64,000 bases of DNA from Octopus vulgaris (GCA_951406725.2 OX597819.1:63488001-63552000); one strand, 5' to 3'. Counted from the first letter of the stretch, positions 27,560 through 39,394 are shown. Translations and numbers: made by a program. Notes: generated from the sequence alone by a model not told the origin.

Positions 27560-30500
27560 TCGTCACTTTTTTAACCAAATCCATTGGCTAGCCTTTTAAG
27601 CTGTAATTTGGATATCACTTATAGTGGTATTTACGATGAGTTAGGCCTAACGATAACAACAGTCGCCTCATGTTGTGACCAACAGATCCTCTATATCCGA
27701 CTTCGATTGGAAAATGCTGCGCTTTCCAGCCTGTGTCTTCACATTCCTTGCTGAAGTTTACATAACGGCCAATCTTCCGTGTCCGAGCGGCATCTATGTT
27801 ATCATCATGAGGAGCCGTTAACTCTACTAGATTTACCACTTTCTTTCTTTCACACCATATTATGATATCCGATTTCTTCGTAACTACGAAAAGAAAGAAT
27901 CGTTAGCACCCTGCTCAATCTGCAGCGACCTTCCAACAGTTATTCCAATCTTCATCGCTCACAGAAAGTTTCTTCTTGAAACGGATCTGCTGTCCTGAGC
28001 GCACGAAGTCAATGAAATCTCTGATTGTTTCCTTCAGTGGGTTTTTGCCACTGTTGATAACATCAATTTGGTTCTTTATAGCATTAACGATAACCTTAAG
28101 GACTAGATTGTGTCTCCAGGTATATCTATTCAATACCAGTGAACAGGTGTAAAAATTATGTTTCAGTGTTCCGAACTTTTTTCGCATCTGCATCTATCAT
28201 TTTCTGAGATGGTCCATTCTGCTAGATTTATAGGCGATGCCAAGACATCGTAGGATGAACGAATCAGAAAAATTAGTCGTGATGTTATCCACCTCCATAT
28301 CTCATTTCACCTTATTAAGCTCTGTTCTCTTTTCCCTTGCTTTGACGTTGTTTCTAACAACAGATGTGCATTCGCTCCGCATCATGCTTGCAAACGGTCT
28401 AAACAGATCTGTGCTAAATTCAAGTCTCTTCCGATGAATTTAGATTGCTCCCACCATATCTCGGTGCATATGTGAAGGCAAGATGTCATTAGTCACTGCT
28501 GCTGCTTTCCACTTCCTGGTTGTTTTTACATTTGGTGGATCACTCCTTCGACTCTCTTAGCATCATCACCGTTCGTACCTCCCCTACTTTATAAATTTCG
28601 ACTACCGTTAACTGGTATTGAATATATACCTGGAGACACAATCTAGTCCTTAAGGTTATCGTTAATGCTATAAAGTACCAAGTTGCTGTTATCAACAGTC
28701 AATAGTTTGTATGTTTGTAAGTTTGTATTTATTAAAATCCACCGAGGTCGAATTTGCCTTTCATCTTTTCGTGACATTCTAGAAGGAAATATCGTCTCCG
28801 TCTCGTGTTGAGCTGAAACGGCCTATTTACTTGCTCGTTAAAGCTACACACATACATACATGCTTGTATACTTAGGTGCATACATAAATGTTTACACATA
28901 CATACACGAACACATGTATCATAGTATGTTTCAGTGAATGCGTCTGGTTAGCGTGTGTGTGTTTGGTGGGGGTTTCCTCCAGCCTCTTTTTACGGTAGAG
29001 AGCTGAACTGTTCAATATCCGACGCATACCTAGCTACTTTGAAATGAACACATTACACTTTTATTCAATAATTTAAACTCGTGATAGTGTCACCTCGTGT
29101 ATTAGAAGTGACCACGAAAGGCATGAATACAAGCCGAACTGGGAACACTTTTTTTATTATATTTACTCTGTAGCTTTGAGCTATTAATTACTGTTAACCT
29201 ATCCTCGGCTTGTTTCATAATTTGCATCTCGCGACCCCTATCTGACAATGTTTCAGCCTATACACGCTCCACACTCTTAACCGATTCTTTCTTGACTTTT
29301 GGAATGCTTCAGTTATTTTAAACTAAATTAACTTACTTTTTTTTGCACACCTTTAATAAATGCCAGACTACGCAACTATTTTGCTCTGAATCGCATCCTT
29401 GGCCACTTCACAAGTTCGTAAACCTTCAAGAAGGCACTCGCATGACTTGCCTGTCTGTCGACGGAAGTGTCAAGTCTTTCATGAAGGCCTTCTTAGGGGA
29501 TTGCACATGGGCAATTTGTTCCAAAAAGTTCACTGTTTTCAAAATCATTTCCATGACTAGAATAAACCACGTGACAGATATTGTGCAACCAGCAGCAATG
29601 CCAATCTCTAATCGGTGCCAATGTGTTGTAAAATTTCCAGATGTATGCTTCATCTCGAAACTGCCGTTAATCTTTTTACTTTTTTCGGGATGTGGAAGTG
29701 GTCCATAGCTGTCATCAATAATTTGTGTGTCACTGAGCCATATGCATTAACTAGATCAAACCTTACCAGGTTTAGACTAATCTTATTCTGTTTGGCATCC
29801 TGGATCACTTTCTAAATCACAAAACAATGCTCAAGGCATCCAGGAATCACAGGGATTCCGGCCTTTTGAACAGGTTCATCAACATATCCATTACTTTGTA
29901 GATATGCCACCGTTTTCCATGAGAGAACTCCCATAAAGTTCTTGCCTTCCACATTCAATAAAGATATCGTCCTAAACCTTTTTATAGTCTCTGCATTAGC
30001 CTCCTTCGGCAGGTATACACCTTCTGCTTTACACCAATTTTCTACTAGTCTTTTCGCTCCACAGCTTTCGGAGTAGGACAAAGACATTCGTTTGCGGGCG
30101 ATTGCAATATTTATATACATTATACGAGACACCATCACATCCTGGGGTACACTTTGCTATAGCTTTTCTCACGAAATCATTCATCTCTTTCCCCCCGATG
30201 TCCACAATTTGAAATTCGATATCAGGGTCTATGAGATGCTTTAGCCCAATTATAGGTGACAGTGGCTGGTTACGATTTGGATCACTGTTGGTTTCTTTGA
30301 TATGACAATTCAGCTCTTTTGTGCACGATGAAATGTCATTCTTCGGGTCAGGGAGCAGCTTCTTAGTAACCCCTTACGGGTCCTTCAGAAAATGTTCACG
30401 AATCATTTTGCTTTACTTTCTTCGCTCATATCGTTGGATAAATCGTTGCATATAACGGCATTTTCTTTTTAAATCTTCGTACCCCTGCCCGAGGCCAGGT

Positions 30501-31030
30501 TTTTCGTCTTCCTTAGCACATTTCCATTGCTTTCTTATGCTGTTCTTTTCCTTCCTCAACCGTTTCATTTTCCTGATTCTCCTGATTGGTCGACATTTTC
30601 CTTTCGCTTATTGGATACCATATTTCACTCGAAATAATTCATTTCCTGTATCGTATATTAAGCTTGATAACTTGCCTAGTTTCTTCACTGTAAATCCCAT
30701 CGTTCTATAAAGAGTCTGACGTAACTTGTTCTCAAACTCTTTATATGCTCCTTTCTTTTTAGCAGCAGGCCATATAACTCTCGGTTTCCTCCGAGTACTA
30801 TCTGATGCACCAGTCTCATGGCCTGCAGTTACCTGTCAGGTAGATCTTTGCAGTAGCATTTATCGATTCGCTGTGGTTTGTATCCGGGGATGATTTGCCA
30901 CATGTTTTAAGATCAGATGATCCACACTGTTCTGTTCTCTTCTTAACACTATTTCCCTGATGTTTCTTCAAACCTCACTCGGCTGCAAAGGTCCTACGGT
31001 ACAGCTTGTATGTCTTTGTTTTCAGAGTGC
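27560..31030 (-). mobile_element. Near full-length, decayed non-LTR retrotransposon with RT and restriction-like endonuclease (HERO-like clade)
   Basis: Minus-strand peptides: N-terminal GLKKHQ zinc-finger remnant, FRTISLLNVEGK, VQKAGIPVIPGCLEH, GIAAGCTIS, YTWRHNLVL, LVELTAPHDDNI..PIEVGYRG. Many stops and frameshifts. Confidence 0.88.
28611..28984. other. Templated patchwork insertion interrupting the HERO ORF
   Basis: Consecutive pieces match 28050-28140 (inverted), 27328-27346, 33181-33216, 32042-32112 and 32331-32445. Confidence 0.85.
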
Positions 31031-32911
31031 ATTGTGATTTGAGAAATATTTGGTTTGCAAGTTATAGCAGATAGTATAATGCTATGGTGAAATGAGGCCG
31101 AACTATGCCCATAGAGCGTAGTACACAATAACCGATCGCATATTTTTGATAAGATCTAGCATTATATTGTCGGTGGAATCTATCACTGCAATCTTGAAAA
31201 TAAATCTCGCCCACGGTAAGAGCTAAAATTGCTGCGGACGTTTGTTTACGTCTTCCAAAAGATGAGAATTTCAATTCAATGACAAGTCTTTATAATCATA
31301 TATTCAAAAGCTCATTCCCTACCTGGAATAACTAGTTTAAAGCGGCCTATCTCCCTACAGTGATGCATTTCACCGTTGATTTCACATAGTTCATGTTATT
31401 AAATGTACCAATGTCCTTGATACGGTATGTTTTTCTCACACTTTTCCTTGAAGCAGTTTTCCAGATTTGAAGCCAAAAAATAACCCATTCTCTTGGCAAT
31501 TTACTAATACGGGTGATATGTTTCTCTGAGGAACTGACGAAAATCGCTATTAACATGTTGAAAGAGAACCACGGAAGTTGACAGTCGCCAATGTTGATAA
31601 GGGAATACAGGGACCACTTGATTGAATCCATCAAGTACCTATAAATTTCACAAGCATAAAATGGTGGACACACTGCATAATATAATTCTAGGTACATTAC
31701 AGTGTGTAGAACAAATTAAAAAGAAAAGAGGAGACTACGACTTGAACGTCTCTCATCACGAGTCTTTCTAGGAGAGGTTGACCTGATGCTAAGAATACGA
31801 CCAGAAATAACCCAACCACAAACTGTATATTTGTGATAGAATCATCAGGGAAACATCCGATAGGTTGTGGCAAATACGGGGCAATGACTGATCGCACAGA
31901 CCGTTTGTGATTGAGAAGTAGGCAAGCAATTAATTCTGCATCAGTCATTCTGTCTATTACAGAAGGAAATAATAGCGTCTCGCTTTCGGTGAAACCCTCG
32001 CCTACCGTATCATACTTACATTAGTCAGTCACGTTATTGCATCGTGACATTCTAGAAGGAAATATCGTCTCCGTCTCGTGTTGAGCTGAAACGGTCTATT
32101 TACTTGCTCGTTTTTGAAATATCTTAAGTATCAAATTGCTGAATTAAGTGTGCTTATTATGTTATTTATTGATTTTGTCAACACTTGTTAATTTATCATT
32201 TTACCATACATAATGCGATTGTTTATTTGTAACTTCATCTCCATCTCATCTTAACAATGTCTTTCAGTCTCACTCTCTTCCACTTTCTCACACACATACA
32301 ACATACGTGTATGAGTGTGTGAGCGTATCACTACACACATGCATACATGCTTGTATACTTGGGCGCATACGTAAATATTTACACATACATACACGAACAC
32401 ATGTATCACTGAATGTTTCAGTGAATACGTCTGGTTAATGTGTGTTTATGTGTGTGTGTTTATATGTGCGTGTGTGTGTGTTCTATCTGTGAGTGCCTGA
32501 GTTTTCATGAACAATGACATTCCAAACCTCAATCTCCATTTCTCCATTTCTCCATTCCACTGTTTACCTGCATCAGCATTTCTCTTCTATTGGAATCACG
32601 TTCCCAGTTGAAATTATACGTGACATGGACAATACTGTTTCGTTTTAAGACGATTCAATACAATATAATACGAAGCTATGCAACTGTTTGGATGGCGGTG
32701 TTGATTGTACAGGTTGTGGCGATAGTTTTACTGGATTTTATATTCTATTTGAATAGTACGATGATCACCATAATCATTACGTCGTTTTCGATGAGGTCTG
32801 GGATAGCAAAACATTTAAGATCCCGGAGACCTCGGAATGTGTCGCATATAGGAGCAATTTTTGAGAGAGCTGTGATGTTGGACGAAGCGTTATTATATTT
32901 GTAATAGTAAC

Positions 32912-33230
32912 AAGGCGGTGTGCTGGCAGAAACGTTAGCACGACGGGTGAAATACTTAGCGGTATTTCGTCTGCCGTTACGTTCTGAGTTCGAATTCCGC
33001 CGAGGCCGAGTTTGCCTTTCATCCTTTAGGGGTCGACAAATTAATTACCAGTTACGCACTGGGGTCGATGTAATCGACTTAATCCGTATGTCTGTCCTTG
33101 TTTGTCCTCTCTGTGTTTAGCCCCTTGTGGGTAGTAAAGAAATAGGTATTTCGTTTGTTAGTTACGTTCTGAGTTCAAATTCCACCGAGGTCGAATTTGC
33201 CTTTCATCTTTTCGTGGTCGATAAATTAAT
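32912..33230 (+). mobile_element. SINE family C (Nin/Deu-like domain) plus a partial tandem copy
   Basis: B box gagttcgaattcc and gcctttcatccttt..gggtcga domain. Confidence 0.8.
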
Positions 33231-33267
33231 TATCAATCTGTCTTTTGTTATGTGTAAATTTGAACTA

Positions 33268-34125
33268 TGCGAGGTCTGATCAATAAGTATCCGGATTGTT
33301 GCCATATGACGAAGCTGCTTGGTAAGGATTGATCTTGAACCCCGCAGTGCATGCGCACTAGGTTTTACAGTTCTAGCTGACTTCCACTGTTTACAGTACT
33401 ATTGGATGGAAGGTGTGTAGCGTGTGATCGTCGCATTGACCATGACAGAGAAAGCTCTCAGGCCGTTACCTTCTCAGTGGCTTCCGCAAAGCTGGAGAAA
33501 GTGCATGGAGGGGAATGTATGAGCCGTACACAAGTGTACGAGTGATTCAGGCGTTTCCAAGACGGCTGAAAATTGTTAATAGTAACAAACGTTCTGGGAA
33601 ACCCGTATCCAGCATAAGTGAGAAAAAAAACGCAGATATACGTGCAGCTGTTACGGGAAAAGGTCGAATCCCTACCCGTGACTTATGAGAGGAGGTGCTG
33701 AATAGTTACGGTTTAGTTTAGTCCATTATTACTGAAGACTTGGGTATGGCACGCATGTCTGCCAAATTTGTGTCAAAATTGCTTTCAGTTGACCATAAAG
33801 ACACTTGGGATTCAGTTGTACAAGATCTCCTTGACTGTGAAATTCGATAAAAACATTTTGTAAACCTTACATAGGCCCCTCAGTAGGTATCACCAAGCTT
33901 TTGGCAAATTTGATGCAGATTCTCTGCTCAACATTCTTTGTCATAGCTAATGTGGCAATCAACGATACACACCTTCATTCCATGCACTGCTGCAAACAGC
34001 AGGAGTGAGCTAGAACAGTAAAAGTATGCACATGCATAGCAGACTTGAAGGTCCTAAGCTGCTTCACTGTGTCCGATAGCATCGTTACTATAGCAACAGT
34101 CCGGATACTTATTGGTCAACATATA
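33268..34125 (+). mobile_element. Internally deleted mariner element with TIRs
   Basis: TIRs tgatcaataagtatccggattgttgccata (33277-33306) and tatagcaacagtccggatacttattggtca (34089-34118). Peptides MSRTQVYE*FRRFQDG and EDLGMARMSAKFVSKLL. Confidence 0.85.
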
Positions 34126-34480
34126 CAGGACAGATAAAGGAAGAGAGGCGAGAGAATATATGTTTATTCCAATCGCTTACACCTGTTTCCTAATCTTGTT
34201 ATACAAAAGATATATCTAATAAGATAATGAAGCCTCTGTAATCGAATGGAAAAATGCATAGTGCTACCTGTTGAAACAACAAATATTTCAGCTTTTCACA
34301 GTCGTGGTTTTGTAGCAAGAGACTTTGTTCCCAACCTCATGGTTCCGGGTTCAACCCCACTGTGTAGCACTGTGGGAAGTTGTCTCCTACTACAACCTCC
34401 GGCTGACCGAAGACTGCTGCAGCGATTAAGTAGACGGCAAGTGAAAATAGCCTGGTGAATATATATATATATATAAATAT

Positions 34481-35393
34481 ATTATATAATTAGGGCTTAG
34501 TAAAATAAATTACTTTGCCACATACTGAACTTAGTAGAAATAGCAGCCAAAAAAAATTTTCTTAGCATTTCTACAACTTAAACCTCCAAACCTTCGTGGG
34601 CTGTCTGGAGTAAACATTATCTGAGAGAAATTTTCTTTAAGTTGTAGAAATGCTAAGAAAATATTTTTTGGCTGCTATTTCTACTAAGTTCAGTATGTGG
34701 CAAAGTAATTTATTTTACTAAGCCCTAATTATATAATGTAAAATTTTGAATTCGCCTTAAATGGTCCTTTTACATACTGAACACTTGGTGAAATTGATTA
34801 ATTAATTAATTTTACCCTCAATTGTTGATATTATAATTCATTTCTCTCGGTCATACTGCCTCGGTTCTCGCGGTTAAAATATAATGTTTGCTAGATAGAC
34901 CACGTGGGTGGAAGCGGATTGAAGAAATTTATGCCTGCGCATTTTGAATTTGTTGACACTGTTAGTCGGAGTGGTTCATCTGAAGCGATAAGTTCGCTGA
35001 TAGGTAAAGTTCCTTCTTTTTAGTGTTTCCAAATCCAAATTAAGAAATTTTGAGCTGACGATAGAAATGCTGATTTTATTTGGCTAATCTTGAAACGTTG
35101 ACGTACTCAAACGATCTATGTACTTGTGATATTTTTCTGTATTTACCTACAAACCTTCGTGGGCTGTCTGGAGTAAACATTATCTGAGAGAAATTTTCTT
35201 TAAGTTGTAGAAATGCTAAGAAAATTTTTTTTGGCTGCTATTTCTACTAAGTTCAGTATGTGGCAAAGTAATTTATTTTACTAAGCCCTAATTATATAAT
35301 GTAAAATTTTGAATTCGCCTTAAATGGTCCTTTTACATACTGAACACTTGGTGAAATTGATTAATTAATTAATTTTACCCTCAATTGTTGATA
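34481..35393 (+). mobile_element. HHR-bearing element, about 563-bp period (1.4 units), preceded by a 102-bp inverted segment, inside the (TA)n of a SINE
   Basis: ccttcgtggg at 34591 and 35154. Segment 34481-34582 is the reverse complement of 34636-34737. Confidence 0.8.
35049..35111 (+). ncRNA. Type I hammerhead ribozyme
   Basis: tttgag-CTGACGA-[irregular stem II t-aga..gctga..ttggc..tct-t]-GAAA-cgt(tg)acg-TA^-ctcaaa. Confidence 0.75.
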
Positions 35394-35750
35394 TATATAA
35401 ATATATATACATATATACATATATATATACGTGTGTATGTGTGTGAGTATGTGTATGTGTGTATGAACCGTTGTGTCTGAGTTTTATTGTTTTATTGTGT
35501 TTCGCCCACTACCATTTGTCAACCGATATTGGTACGCTTACATTCCTGTAAACTAGCGGTTCATCAAAAGATAAGAATAGAATAATAACTAGGCTTTAAA
35601 AAGCGTACCGGAATCAATTCATTCGGCTATAAATAATTCAAGGTGGTGCCCCAGTATGGTCGCAGTGTATTGACTTAAACATGTCACGGTAAAGGAACAA
35701 ATAAAAATAACGTTGTGCTAATTAGATTTTCCGAGTTGATATGCCGTTGC

Positions 35751-35868
35751 TTGGAGTAAAGATAATTTGCCAACGTAACATGGCAGTCTTGGTTTAGGAC
35801 GAATGTGGATGCAATTTAGTCCTAAACCAGGACTGCCATGTTATGCTGGCAAACAATCTTTACTCCAA
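35751..35868. repeat. 118-bp MITE-like hairpin
   Basis: 50-bp arms ttggagtaaagat..ttaggac and gtcctaaacc..tctttactccaa. Confidence 0.7.
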
Positions 35869-36299
35869 ATTATTGTTGCTGAATATCTGTCGTTGTCAGA
35901 TTTACAAATAGTAATACCGTTGCTTGTTTATCATATTACAAGGTTGGCTATGAGGTCCACGTTGTTAGCGGTGTCACTGCTAGCGGTTATGACGTCGTAA
36001 ATAAAAGGTGTAATGAGTTGTAAGGGAGATCTGCTGGTTGTGACAAATACAAAGACAGCAGTAATGATGCTGAGGAAGTTAGGGATAATGATGAGGAAAT
36101 GGGGGGGGATATGATGATGGAGTCTAATGATATCCGTCGTGGCTATAATGGATTACGTGATCGGCGTCATTGCCATCTGCATTAACATGAGATGTAAACG
36201 ATAACATAAATACCTACAACGATAAAGATGTTGAGAAGAGCGATGTCCAAAATTGTGCGATTATGATGTGTGGGTTAATGAAAATGACGATCACAGCGT

Positions 36300-36450
36300 C
36301 GTTGTCAACGGCGACGACGACAGCAATATCGATGATGATGATGATGATCTTGATGATATTGACGACGACGACCACTAGCATGATGATGAAGATGATGATG
36401 ACGACGAGGAAGATGACACCGACGAGGCGGCGAAGATAAGGATGGCGATA

Positions 36451-36497
<47 letters not shown>

Positions 36498-36730
36498 AAT
36501 GATAACGATGATGATGATGATGATGTTAATGATAATGACGAAAATGACGACGACAACCATTATTAGGATGATGATGATGATGATGACGATGAAGTTGATG
36601 ACGTCGACGACGACGACGATGACGAAGAAGAAGAAGAAGAAGAAGAAGAAGAAGAAGAAGAAGAAGAAGAAGAAGAAGAAGAAGAAGAAGAAGAAGAAGA
36701 AGAAGAAGAAGAAGAAGAAGAAGAAGAATA
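36300..36730. repeat. Compound trinucleotide microsatellite (GAT/GAC)n(GAA)n
   Basis: Directly visible. Confidence 0.95.
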
Positions 36731-37205
36731 TGCGAAATACGGCCCTCGTTATGATGAAGGTGATAACGATGTTGTTGCTAGAGAATGTAATAATGAAGAT
36801 GAGCCCAAAATCATGGCCCACATGACAAGACGAGCGATGACAAAAAAACCGCCAACAATGTCGTTCATGGACTTTTAGCGATAACTGTCCGATATAAAGA
36901 GACGAGTCATGAGGCACATATTTTGTTGACCCGGAGAGATCACATGTCTGGATATTCTTGTCTTTTGTGATAGCGTCGGATTTATCTCCACTGTGGTCGT
37001 GCAGCCAGTTGTTTTGTGATTAAAGGTTTTCCATTATAGTAAAGCTTTTCTGACCACATTTATCATAATTTAAGTTTCAAATTACAGTTTTGCACAGATA
37101 AATTACTTAAACGTGCATATAAATGAGAGTTTTGCAAAGTTCTTTTGTTTCTTTTCTAATGCATACATATTGTTTGTACAGTTATACAGTTTCCGAAGTG
37201 TATTA

Positions 37206-37254
<49 letters not shown>

Positions 37255-37400
37255 CTCAATATGGCTACCCCTAAGGGTGGATGCTACTGTAGTTTTTAGC
37301 CCCAGGAGGACACACTCCTCCAGCTGGCCATAGACACACTTTCTGTGTCCTGTCAGTATTTGCAAAGGGAAGTCATCCTTCCCGTCTTCAACTTATGATA

Positions 37401-37444
37401 CACACGGACTCGAGTTTCGAGTATTGACCTCTCGTCAGCGTGTG
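37401..37444 (-). ncRNA. Type I hammerhead ribozyme (inverted copy, 1-nt deletion in stem II)
   Basis: Reverse complement of the motif, with gagtattgacctc in place of gaggtattgacctc. Confidence 0.8.
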
Positions 37445-37734
37445 ACAATCATATAGATTTCCTTCACAAATACTTATACTTTTTCCAGCGTCCACTGTCG
37501 CTGATATTGAAAATGAAATCAAACAATGATAAATATCAAAGTGAGTTATATACAGTAGCGGTAACACATCGTGACGTATATTTGCCATCTCAATATGGCT
37601 ACCCCTAAGGGTGGATGCTACTGTAGTTTTTAGCCCCAGGAGGACACACTCCTCCAGCTGGCCATAGACACACTTCCTGTGTCCTGTCAGTATTTGCAAA
37701 GGGAAGTCATCCTTCCCGTCTTCAACTTATGATA

Positions 37735-37779
37735 CACACGGACTCGAGTTTCGAGGTATTGACCTCTCGTCAGCGTGTG
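37735..37779 (-). ncRNA. Type I hammerhead ribozyme (inverted copy)
   Basis: cacacggactcgagtttcgaggtattgacctctcgtcagcgtgtg is the exact reverse complement of the + motif. Confidence 0.9.
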
Positions 37780-38166
37780 ACAATCATAGTTGTCGGCGAG
37801 AATTAGATTTCCTTCACAAATACTTATACTTTTTCCAGCGTCCACTGTCGCTGATATTGAAAAAGTGAAATCAAACAATGATAAATATCAAAGTGAGTTA
37901 TATACAGTAGCGGTAACACATCGTGACGTATATTTGTCTATGGCCAGCTGGAGGAGTGTGTCCTCCTGGGGCTAAAAACTACAGTAGCATCCACCCTTAG
38001 GGGTTAGCCATATTGAGATGGCAAATATACGCCATGATGTGTTAGCGCTACTGTATATAACTCACTTTGATATTTATCATTGTTTGATTTCACTTTTTCA
38101 ATATCAGCGACAGTGGACGCTGGAAAAAGTATAAGTATTTGTGAAGGAAATCTAATTTCTCGCCGA

Positions 38167-38236
38167 CAACTATGATTGTCACACGCTGACGAGAGGTCAA
38201 TACCTCGAAACTCGAGTCCGTGTGTATCATAAGTTG
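38167..38236 (+). ncRNA. Type I hammerhead ribozyme (352-bp unit)
   Basis: cacacg-CTGACGA-gaggt(caat)acctc-GAAA-ctcgag-TC^-cgtgtg. Stem I extends as tatgat/atcata across a tgt/t internal loop. Predicted cleavage after 38218. Confidence 0.92.
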
Positions 38237-38518
38237 AAGACGGGAAGGATGACTTCCCTTTGCAAATACTGACAGGACACAGAAAGTGTGTCTATGGCCA
38301 GCTGGAGGAGTGTGTCCTCCTGGGGCTAAAAACCACAGTAGCATCCACCCTTAGGGGTAGCCATATTGAGATGGCAAATATACGTCACGATGTGTTACCG
38401 CTACTGTATATAACTCACTTTGATATTTATCATTGTTTGATTTCACTTTTTCAATATCAGCGACAGTGGACGCTGGAAAAAGTATAAGTATTTGTGAAGG
38501 AAATCTAATTCTCGCCGA

Positions 38519-38588
38519 CAACTATGATTGTCACACGCTGACGAGAGGTCAATACCTCGAAACTCGAGTCCGTGTGTATCATAAGTTG
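38519..38588 (+). ncRNA. Type I hammerhead ribozyme (second + copy)
   Basis: Same motif, core 38532-38576, predicted GUC cleavage after 38570. Confidence 0.92.
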
Positions 38589-38883
38589 AAGACGGGAAGG
38601 ATGACTTCCCTTTGCAAATACTGACAGGACACAGAAAGTGTGTCTATGGCCAGCTGGAGGAGTGTGTCCTCCTGGGGCTAAAAACTACAGTAGCATCCAC
38701 CCTTAGGGGTAGCCATATTGAGATGGCAAATATACGTCACGTTGTGTTACTGCTACTGTATATAACTCACTTTGATATTTATCATTGTTTGATTTCACTT
38801 TTTCAATATCAGCGACAGTAGACGCTGGAAAAAGTATAAGTATTTGTGAAGGAAATCTAATTCTCGCCGACAACTATGATTGC

Positions 38884-38928
38884 CACACGCTGACGAGAGG
38901 TCAATACCTCGAAACTCGAGTCCGTGTG
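38884..38928 (+). ncRNA. Type I hammerhead ribozyme (third + copy)
   Basis: Same core, predicted cleavage after 38922. Confidence 0.9.
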
Positions 38929-39228
38929 TAACATAAGTTGAAGACGGGAAGGATGACTTCCCTTTGCAAATACTGACAGGACACAGAAAGTGTGTCTATG
39001 GCCAGCTGGAGGAGTGTGTCCTCCTGGGGCTAAAAACTACAGCAGCATCCACCCTTAGGGGTAGCCATATTGAGATGGCAAATATACGTCACGATGTGTT
39101 ACCGCTACTGTATATAACTCACTTTGATATTTATCATTGTTATATATATATATATATATGTAGGTCCCGGGTTGATTCGGGGTTAACCACAGTAAATAAG
39201 GTACTCAATACATAGTAGAGTAAAATTA

Positions 39229-39360
39229 ATTTATTATATAGAAGGAGCTTCTACAGGACTAGAACTGTTTCATTCAAGAGAAATCGTCAGGAAATCTTCC
39301 TGAAGATTTCTCTTGAATGAAACAGTTCTAGTCCTGTAGAATCTCCTTCTATATAATAAA

Positions 39361-39361
<1 letters not shown>
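39229..39361. repeat. About 133-bp near-perfect hairpin, each arm carrying a hammerhead motif (+ 39297-39341, - about 39249-39293)
   Basis: ttc-CTGAAGA-t-ttc(tctt)gaa-t-GAAA-cag(ttctagtc)ctg-TA^-gaa. The other arm has CTGACGA. Confidence 0.75.

Positions 39362-39394
<33 letters not shown>

Larger units (their letters stand above)
37253..39141. mobile_element. Retrozyme-like array of 352-bp units: about 2 units on - (37253-37936) and about 3.4 units on + (37935-39141), with an inversion junction at about 37935, flanked by (TA)n
   Basis: Near-identical units recur at a 352-bp period (same ORF start at 38260, 38612, 38964; reverse copies near 37365 and 37699). Each full unit contains a hammerhead motif. 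Confidence 0.9.

Noticed and set aside
31150-31950. Possible decayed piggyBac transposase on +
   Set aside because: Only faint hints (IAAD..FTS, YICDR) across frameshifts and no TIR or TTAA identified. It needs a profile search.
36305-36917. Poly-D/E, poly-M/K or poly-I/F ORFs
   Set aside because: The frames are open only because of (GAT)n(GAA)n repeats, the phase shifts within the tract, and there is no splice or domain evidence.
37253-39141. CRISPR-like or tRNA/snRNA gene array
   Set aside because: There are no unique spacers, no cloverleaf and no Sm-type motif. The whole 352-bp unit repeats.
38260-39215. Repeated ORFs MQILTGHRKCVYGQLEEC.. and MFDFTFSISATV..
   Set aside because: They are by-products of the tandem unit: TTG starts, short, indels between copies shift the frames, and no recognisable domain.
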